From the NCBI RefSeq assembly GCF_009914755.1, contig NC_060928.1: a stretch of 64,000 nt of DNA, one strand, 5' to 3'. Shown piece by piece: positions 53,600-64,000 of the stretch. Each line of letters begins with the position of its first letter. Position 1 is the first letter of the stretch. A program made the position numbers and the translations under genes. The DNA comes from the human T2T-CHM13v2.0 reference genome, Homo sapiens. The notes beneath the pieces were generated by a model that searched no databases, had not been told where the DNA came from, and saw only the letters and a program-made list of their open reading frames with translations.

Positions 53600-56500
53600 G
53601 TACTTTGATATTTTATGTACACTTTATTATAAAAGTTTGGGTACTTTCATATTTTACGTACAGTATATAATACATACTTTGGGCACTTTGATGTTTTATG
53701 TACAGTATATAATACATACCTTAGGTTCTTTTATATTTTATGTACAGCATATAATACAAAATTTGGGGACTTTTATATTTTATGTACATTATATAATACA
53801 TACTTTGGGTACTTTTATATTTTATGTACGGTATATAATACATACTTTGGGTACTTTGATATATTATGTACAGTATATAATACATACTTTGGGTAATTTG
53901 ATATATTATGTACAGTATATAATATATACTTAGGGTACTATGACATTTTATGTACAGTATATAATACATACTTTGGGTACTTTGATATTTTATGAGCAGA
54001 ATATAATACATACTTTGGGTACTTTGATATTTTATGTACTGTATATAATACATACTTTGGGTACTTTTATATTTTATGTACAGTATATAATATATAGTTT
54101 GGGTACTTTGATATTTTATGTACGGTATATAATACATACTTTGGGTACTTTGATATTTTATGTATAGTATATAATACATACTTTGGGTACTTTGATATTG
54201 TATGTACAGTATACAATATATAGTTTGAGTACTTTGATATTTTATGTACTGTATAAAATATATAGTTTTGGTACTTTGATATTTTATGTATAGTATATAG
54301 TTTGAGTACTTTGATATTTTATGTACAGTTTTTTATCAATATTTGGGTGCTTTCATATTTTATGTACAGTATATAATACATACTAAGCGCACTTTGATAT
54401 TTTATGTACAGTATATAATACATACTTTGGTTACTCTGATATTTTATGTACAGTGTATAATACATACTTTGGGTACTTTGATATTTTATGTACAATATAT
54501 AATACATACGTTGGGAACTTTGATATATTATGTACAGTATATAATTCATACTTTGGGTACTTTGATATTTTATATACAGTATATAATACATAGTTTGTGT
54601 ACTTTGATATTTTATGTACAGTATATAATACATACTTTGGGTACTTTGATATTTTATATACAGTATATAATACATACTTTGGGTACTTTCATATTTTATG
54701 TACAGTATATAATATATAGTTTGGGTACTTTGATATTTTATCTACAGCTTATAATACATACTTTGGGTACTTTGATATTTTATGTACAGTACATAATACA
54801 TACTTTGGGTAGTTTGATATTTTATGTACAGTATACAATATATAGTTTGAGTACTTTGATATTTTATGTGCAGTATAAAATATATAGTTTTGGTACTTTG
54901 ATATTTTATGTACAGTTTATAGTTTGAGTACTTTGTTATTTTATGTACAGTTTATTATAAATGTTTGGGTACTTTCATATTTGATGTACAGTATTTAATA
55001 CATAATTTGGGCACTTTGATATTTTATGTACAGTATATAATACATACTTTGGGTACTTTTATATTTTATGTACAGTATATAATACATACTTTGGGTACTT
55101 TGATATTTAATGTACAGTATATAATACACACTTTGCGTACTTTGATATTTTATGTAAAGCATGTAATACATACTTTGGGCAGTTTGATATTTTATGTACA
55201 GTATGTAATACACACTTTGGGTACTTTGATATTTTATGTACAGTATGTAAAACATACTTTGGGTAGTTTGATATATTATGTATAGTATATAATACATACT
55301 TTAGGTACTCTGATATTTTATGTACAGTGTATAATACATACTTTGGGTACTTTGATATTTTATGTACAGTATATAATACATATTATTGGTACTTTGATAT
55401 TTTATATACAGTATACAATATATAGTTTGAGTACTTTGATATTTTATGTCCAGTATAAAATACATAGATTTCATACTTTGATATTTTATGTACAGAATAT
55501 AGTTTGAGTACTTTGATATTTTATGTACACTTTATCATAAAAGTTTGGGTACTTTCATATTTTACGTACAGTATATAATACATACTTTGGGCACTTTGAT
55601 GTTTTATGTACAGTATATAATACATACTTTGGGTTCTTTGATATGTTATGTACAGCATATAGTACATAATTTGGGGACTTTTATATTTTATGTAGATTAT
55701 ATAATACATACTTTGGGTACTTTTATATTTTATGTACGGTATATAATACATACTTTGGGTACTTTGATATATTATGTACAGTATATAATACATACTTTGG
55801 GTACTTTGATATATTATGTACAGTATATAATACATACTTAAGGTACTTTGACATTTTATGTACAGTACATAATACATACTTTGGGTACTTTGATATTTTA
55901 TGTACAGTATATAATACATACTTTGGGTACTTTGATATTTTATGTACAGTATATAATACATGTTTTGGGTACTTTTATATTTTATGTACAGTATATAATA
56001 TATAGTTTGGGTACTTTGATACTTTATGTACGGTATATAATACATACTTTGGGTACTTTGATATTTTATGTACAGTATATAATACATACTTTGGGTACTT
56101 TGATATTTTATTTACAGTATATAATACATACTTTGGGTACTTTGATATTTAATGTACAGTATATAATACACACTTTGCGTACTTTGATATTTTATGTAAA
56201 GTATGTAATACATACTTTGGGTACTTTGATATTTTATGTACAGTATGTAATACACGCTTTGGGTACTTTGATATTTTATGTAGAGTATGTAAAACATACT
56301 TTGGGGAGTTTGGTATTTTATGATCAGTATATAATACATATTTTGGGTACTTTGATATTTTATGTACAGTATATAATACATACTTTGGGTACTTTGATAT
56401 TTTATGTACAGTATATAATGCATAATTTGGGTACTTCAATAGTTTATGCACAGTATATAATACATACTTTGGGTAATTTGATATTTTATGTACAGTATAT

Positions 56501-59500
56501 AATGCATACTTTGGTTACTTTGATAGTTTATGTACAGTATACAATACATACTTTGGGTACTTTGATATTTTATGTACAGTATATAATATGTAGTTTGGGT
56601 ACTTTGATATTTTAACTACAGTATATAATACATACTTTGGGTACTTTGATATTTTATCTACAGTATATAATAGATACTTTGGGTACTTTGATATATTATG
56701 TACAGTATATAATACATAGTTTGGTTACTTTGATATTTTTTGTACAGTATGTAAAACATACTTTGGGGAGTTTGATATTTTATGAACAGTATATAATACA
56801 CATTTTGGGTACTTTGATATTTTATGTACGGTATATAATACATACTTTGGGTACTTTGATATTTTATGTACAGTGTATAATTCATACTTTGGGTACTTTG
56901 ATATTTTATGTACAGTATATAATACATACATTGGGTACTTCGATATTTTATGTGCAGTACCCTATATATAGTTTGGGTACTTTGATATTTTATGTCCAGT
57001 ATAAAATAAACAGTTTTGGTACTTTGATATTTTATGTACAGTATATAGTTTGAGTACTTTGATATTTAATGTTCAGTTTATTATAAATGTTTGGGTGCTT
57101 TCATATTTTATATACAGTATATAATACATACTTTGGGCACTTTGATATTTTCTGTACAGTATATAATACATACTTTGGGTACTTTGATATTTTATGTACG
57201 GTATATAATACATACATTGGGTACTTTGATATTTTATGTACAGTATATAATACTTTGGGTACTTTGATATTTTATGGACAGTGAATAATACATACTTTGG
57301 GTACTTTGATATTTTATGTACAGTATATAACATATAGTTTGGGTACTTTGATATTTTATATACAGTATATAATACATACTTTGGGCACTTTGATATCTTA
57401 TGTACAGTATATAATACATACTTTGGGTTCTCTGATATTTTCTGTACAGTGTATAATACATAATTTGGGTTCTTTGATATTTTATGTACAGCATATAATA
57501 CATACGTTGGGTACTTTGATATATTATGTACAGTATATAATACATACTTTGGGTACTTTGATATTTTATGTACAGTATATAATCCATAGTTTGTGTACTT
57601 TTATATTTTATGTACAGTATATAATACATACTTTGGGTACTTTGATATTTTATGTACAGTATATAATACATACTTTGGGTACTTTCATGTTGTATGTACA
57701 GTATATAATATATAGTTTGGGTACTTTGATATTTTATCTACAGCTTATAATACTTACTTTGGGTAATTTGATATTTTATGTACAGTATATAATACATACT
57801 TTGGGTAGTTTGATATTTTATGTACAGTATACAATATATAGTTTGAGTACTTTGATATTTTATGTGCAGTATAAAATATATAGTGTAGGTACTTTGATGT
57901 TTTATGTACAGTATATATTTTGAGTACTTTGATATTTTGTGTACAGTTTATTATAAAAGTTTGGGTACTTTCATGTTTGATGTACAGTATATAAAACATA
58001 ATTTGGGCACTTTGATATTTTATGTACAGTATATAATACATACTCTGGGCACTTTGATATTTAATGTACAGTATATAATACACACTTTGCGTACTTTGAT
58101 ATTTTATGTAACGTATCTAATACATACTTTGGGTAGTTTGATATTTTATGTACAGTATGTAGTACACACTTTGGGTACTTTGATATTTTATGTACAGTAT
58201 GTAAAACATACTTTGGGTAGTTTGATATTTTATGATCAGTATATAATACACATTTTGGGTACCTTGATATTTTATGTACAGTATATAATACATACTTTGG
58301 GCACTTTGATATTTTAGGTATAGTATACAATGCATACTTTGGGCACTTTGATATTTTATGTACAGTATATAATACATACTTTGGGTACTTTGATATTTTA
58401 TGTACGGTATATAATACATACATTGGGTACTTTGATATTTTATGTACAGTATATAATATATAGTTTGGTTACTTTGATATTTTATATACAGTATATAATA
58501 TATATTATGTGTACTTTGATATATTATGTACAGTATATAATATATAGTATGGGTTGTTTGATATTTTATGTACAGTATATAATATATAGTTTGGGTAGTT
58601 TCATATTTTTAGTACAGTATGTAATATATAGTTTGTTTTATTTGATATTTTATGTACAGTATACAATATATAGTATTGGTAATTTGATATTTCATGTAAA
58701 GTATATAGTTTGAGTACTTTGATATTTTATATGCAGTTTATTATAAATGTTTGGGTACCTTCATATTTTATGTACAGTATATAATACATACTTTGGGAAC
58801 TTTTATTTTATGTGCAGTATATAATACATACTTTGGGTACTTTGATATTTCATGTACAGTATATAATACACACTTTGGGTACTTTGATATTTTATGTACA
58901 GTATATAATACACACTTTGGGTACTTTGATATTTTATGTACAGTATATAATACATACTTTGGGTACTTTGATGTATTATGTACAGTATATAATACATACT
59001 TTGGGTACTTTGATATTTTATGTACAGTATATAATACATACTTTGGGTACTTTGATATTTTATGTACAGTATGTAATACATAATTTGGGTACTTTAATAT
59101 TTTATGTATAGTATGTAATACTTACTTTGGGTACTTTGATATTTTATGGAGAGTGTATAATACATACTTTGGGTACTTTGATATTTTATGTACAGTATAT
59201 AACATATAGTTTGGGTACTTTGATATTTTATATACAGTATATAATACATACTTTGGGTACTTTCATATTTTATGTACAGTATATAATACATACTTTGGGT
59301 ACTTTGATATTTCATGCACAGTATACAATATATAGTTTGAGTACTTTAATATTTTATGTACTGTATAAAATATATAGTTTTGGTACTTTGATATTTTATG
59401 TACAGTATATAGTTTGAGTACTTTGATATTTTATGTACAGTTTGTTATAAATGTTTGGGTGCTTTTATATTTTATATACCGTATATAATACATACTTTGG

Positions 59501-60539
59501 GCACTTTGATATCTTATGTACAGTATATAATACATACTTTGGGTTCTCTGATATTTTCTGTACAGTGTATAATACATAATTTGGGTACTTTGATATTTTA
59601 TGTACAGCATATAATACATACGTTGGGTACTTTGATATATTATGTACAGTATATAATACATACTTTGGGTACTTTGATATTTTATGTACAGTATATAATC
59701 CATAGTTTGTGTACTTTTATATTTTATGTACAGTATATAATACATACTTTGGGTACTTTGATATTTTATGTACAGTATATAATACATACTTTGGGTACTT
59801 TCATGTTTTATGTACAGTATATAATATATAGTTTGGGTACTTTGATATTTTATCTACAGCTTATAATACTTACTTTGGGTAATTTGATATTTTATGTACA
59901 GTATATAATACATACTTTGGGTAGTTTGATATTTTATGTACAGTATACAATATATAGTTTGAGTACTTTGATATTTTATGTGCAGTATAAAATATATAGT
60001 GTTGGTACTTTGATGTTTTATGTACAGTATATATTTTGAGTATTTTGATATTTTGTGTACAGTTTATTATAAATGTTTGGGTACTTTCATATTTGATGTA
60101 CAGTATATAATACATAATTTGGGCACTTTGATATTTTATGTACAGTATATAATACATACTTTGGGTACTTTTATATTTTATGTACAGTATATAATACATA
60201 CTCTGGGCACTTTGATATTTAATGTACAGTGTAAAATACACACTTTGCGTACTTTGATATTTTATGTAACGTATGTAATACATACTTTGGGTAGTTTGAT
60301 ATTTTATGTACAGTATGTAGTACACACTTTGGGTACTTTGATATTTTATGTACAGTATGTAAAACACACTTTGGGTAGTTTGATATTTTATGATCAGTAT
60401 ATAATACACATTTTGGGTACCTTGATATTTTATGTACAGTATATAATACATACTTTGGGTACTTTGATATTTTATGTACAGTATATAATGCATACTTTAG
60501 GTACTTTGATAGTTTATGTACAGTATATAATACATACTT

Positions 60540-63500
60540 TGGGTACTTTGATATTTTATGTACAGTATATAATACATAGTTTGGGTACTTTGATATTTTA
60601 TGTACAGTATATAATACATACTTTGGGAACTTTGATATTTTATCTACAGTGTATAATATATACTTTGGGTACTTTGATATATTATGTACAGTATATAATA
60701 CATACTTTGGGTACTTTGATATTTTATGTACAGTATATAATACATACTTTGAGTACTTTGATATTTTATGTACAGTATATAATACATACTTTCGGTACTT
60801 TGATATTTTATGTACAGTATATAATATATAGTTTGGGTACTTTGATATTTTATGTACAGTATATAATACATACTTTGGGTACTTTGATATTTTATGTACA
60901 GTATATAATACATACTTTGGGTACTTTGATATTTTATGTACAGTATATAATATATAGTTTGGGTACTTTGATAATTTATGTACAGTGTATAACACATACT
61001 TTGGGTACTTTGATATTTTATGTACAGTATATAATACATACTTTGGGTACTTTGATATTTTATGTACAGTATATAATACATACTTTGGGTACTTTCATAT
61101 TTCATGTACAGTTTATAATATATAGTTTGGGTACTTTGGTATATTATGTACTGTATATAATACATACTTTGGGTACTTTGATATTTTATGTACAGTATAT
61201 AATACATACTTTGGGTACTTTGATATTTTATGTACAGTATACAATATATACTTTGACTACTTTGATATTTTATGTCCAGTATAGAATATATAGTTTTGGT
61301 AGTTTGATATTTTATGTACAGTATATAGTTTGAGTACATTGATATTTTATGTACACTTTATTATAAATGTTTGGATACTTTCATATTTTATGTACAGTAT
61401 ATAATACATACTTTCGGCACTTTGATATTTTATGTACAGTATACAATACATACTTTGGGTACTTTGATATTTTATGTACAGTATATAATACATAATTTGG
61501 GTACTTTGATACTTTATGTACAGTGTATAATGCATACTTTGGGTACTTTCATGTTTCATGTACAGTATATAATACATACTTAGGGTACTTTGACATTTTA
61601 TGTGCAGTACATAATACATACTTTGGATACTTTGTTATTTTAAATACAGTATGTAATACATATTTTGGGTACTTTGATATTTTATGTACAGTATATAATA
61701 CATACTTTGGTACTTTTATATTTCATGTACAGTATATAATATATAGTTTGGGTACTTTGATATTTTATGTACAGTATATAATACATAGTTTGGGTATTTT
61801 GATATTTTATGTACAGTATATAATACATACTTTGGGTACTTTGATATTTTATGTACAGTATATAATATATAGTTTGGGTACTTTGATATTTTATGTGCAG
61901 TATATAACACATACTTTCGGTAGTTGGATATTTTATGTACAGTATACAATACATACTTTGGGTACTTTGATATTTGATGTACAGTATACTATATATAGTT
62001 TGGGTACTTTGATATTTTATGTCGGGTATAAAATAAATAGTTTTGGTACTTAGATATTTTATGTACAGTATATAGTTTGAGTACTTTGATATTTTATGTA
62101 CAGTTTATTATAAATGGGTGCTTTCATATTTTATGTACAGTATATAATACATACTATGGGCACTTTGATATTTTATGTACAGTATATAATACATACTTTG
62201 GGTACTTTGATATTTTATATAGACTACATAATACATACTTTGGGTACTTTGATATTTTATGTACAGTATATAATACATAGTTTGGGTACTTTGATAATTT
62301 ATGTACAGTATATAATACATACTTTGGGTACTTTGATATTTTATCTACAGTGTATAATATATACTTTGGGTACTTTGATATATTATGTACAGCATATAAT
62401 ACATTCTTTGGGTACTTTGATATTTTATGTACAGTATATAATACATACTTTGGGTACTTTGATATTTTATGTACAGTATATAATACATACTTTCGGTACT
62501 TTGATATTTTATGTACAGTATATAATATATACTTTGGGTACTTTGATATTTTATGTACAGTATATAATACATACTTTGGGTACTTTGATATTTTATGTAC
62601 AGTATATAATACATACTTTGGGTACTTTGATATTTTATGTACAGTATATAATATATAATTTGGGTACTTTGATAATTTATGTACAGTGTATAACACATAC
62701 TTTGGGTACTTTGATATTTTATGTACAGTATATAATACATACTTTGGGTACTTTGACATTTTATATACAGTATATAATACATACTTTAGGTACTTTCATA
62801 TTTCATGTACAGTTTATAATATATAGTTTGGGTACTTTGGTATATTATGTACTGTATATAATACATACTTTGGGCACTTTGATATTTTATGTACAGTATA
62901 TAATACATACTTTGGGTACTTTGATATTTTATGTACAGTATACAATATATACTTTGACTACTTTGATATTTTATGTCCAGTATAGAATATATAGTTTTGG
63001 TAGTTTGATATTTTATGTACAGTATATAGTTTGAGTACATTGATATTTTATGTACACTTTATTATAAATGTTTGGATACTTTCATATTTTATGTACAGTA
63101 TATAATACATACTTTGGGCACTTTGATATTTTATGTACAGTATACAATACATACTTTGGGTACTTTGATATTTTATGTACAGTATATAATACATAATTTG
63201 GGTACTTTGATATTTTATGTACAGTATATAATGCATACTTTGGGTACTTTGATGTTTTATGTACAGTATATAATACATACTTAGGGTACTTTGACATTTT
63301 ATGTGCATTACATAATACATACTTTGGATACTTTGTTATTTTAAATACAGTATGTAATACATATTTTGGGTACTTTGATATTTTATGTACAGTATATAAT
63401 ACATACTTTGGTACTTTTATATTTCATGTACAGTATATAATATATAGTTTGGGTACTTTGATATTTTATGTACAGTATATAATACATAGTTTGGGTATTT

Positions 63501-64000
63501 TGATATTTTATGTACAGTATATAATACATACTTTGGGTACTTTGATATTTTATGTACAGTATATAATATATAGTTTGGGTACTTTGATATTTTATGTGCA
63601 GTATATAACACATACTTTCGGTAGTTGGATATTTTATGTACAGTATATAATACATACTTTGGGTACTTCGATATTTGTTGTACAGTATACTATATATAGT
63701 TTGGGTACTTTGATATTTTATGTCGGGTATAATATAAATAGTTTTGGTACTTAGATATTTTATGTACAGTATATAGTTTGAGTACTTTGATATTTTATGT
63801 ACAGTTTTTTATAAATGTTTGGGTGCTTTCATATTTTATGTACAGTATATAATACATACTATGGGCACTTTGATATTTTATGTACAGTATATAATACATA
63901 CTTTGGGTACTTTGATATTTTATGTACACTACATAATACATACTTTGGGTACTTTGACATTTTATGTACAGTACATAATACATAGTTTGGGTACTTTGAT
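60540..64000 (+). repeat. Diverged 1701-bp tandem duplication within HSat1A
   Basis: ORF pairs 61347/63048, 61371/63072, 61682/63383, 61716/63417 are all at +1701, with scattered substitutions. Boundaries are approximate. Confidence 0.85.

Larger units (their letters stand above)
27573..64000 (+). repeat. Human Satellite 1A (HSat1A / SAR / classical satellite I), 42-bp AT-rich tandem repeat, ~870 units, single orientation
   Basis: Consensus TTTGGGTACTTTGATATTTTATGTACAGTATATAATACATAC (42 bp). Two GTAC (RsaI) sites per unit give alternating 17- and 25-bp fragments, the classical satellite I definition. Spurious ORFs show a 14-aa periodicity. Confidence 0.96.

Noticed and set aside
27491-63983. 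Long ORFs up to 446 aa with a hydrophobic 14-aa repeat (LGTLIFYVQYIIHT; minus strand MYYILYIKYQSTQS)
   Set aside because: 42 is divisible by 3 and several consensus frames lack stops, so ORFs overlap on both strands and end wherever a 35- or 41-bp unit or a point change occurs. There is no unique sequence, splice structure or promoter context.
27573-64000. CRISPR-like appearance (conserved ~25-30-bp core with a more variable segment)
   Set aside because: The variable parts are point variants of one consensus, not unique spacers. There are no cas genes or leader, and the context is human centromeric satellite.
27573-64000. TATATAA / TATAAAA / TATAAT motifs resembling TATA or -10 boxes
   Set aside because: They are expected in a very AT-rich repeat, and there is no accompanying promoter architecture.
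1-64000. Embedded transposon (Alu/L1), NUMT, viral insertion, RNA gene or inversion
   Set aside because: On reading through, I saw no non-satellite segment, poly(A) tail, target-site duplication or strand switch. Both satellites keep one orientation throughout. A very short insert could have been missed by eye.

Overview
This window is entirely primate (human-type) centromeric satellite DNA and contains no credible genes. Positions 1-27572 are a homogeneous alpha-satellite higher-order-repeat (HOR) array: a 19-monomer unit of 3230-3232 bp, about 8.5 head-to-tail copies, with 9 intact CENP-B boxes per typical unit. At 27571-27572 the array switches abruptly to the AT-rich 42-bp Human Satellite 1A (HSat1A/SAR, classical satellite I), which runs to the end of the window. 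A 19-mer, 3.2-kb HOR abutting HSat1A matches what is known of the human chromosome 4 centromere (D4Z1 interrupted by HSat1A); this assignment is from recall, not from a search. All ORFs in the track are satellite artefacts. I found no new protein-coding system. The structure worth a second look is: (1) the 19-mer decomposes into three ancestral 7-mers with one monomer duplication and one 3-monomer deletion; (2) a 6461-bp two-HOR duplication; (3) erosion and CENP-B box loss in the last HOR before a sharp microhomology junction; (4) a 'punctuation' cassette that divides HSat1A into blocks of n x 42 + 76 bp; (5) 4154-bp, 1701-bp and ~2.9-kb duplications plus long-range mosaic paralogy in HSat1A; (6) a perfect Pumilio response element (UGUACAUA) in the minus-strand HSat1A consensus, which is a speculative but testable functional lead. 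All positions were read by eye.
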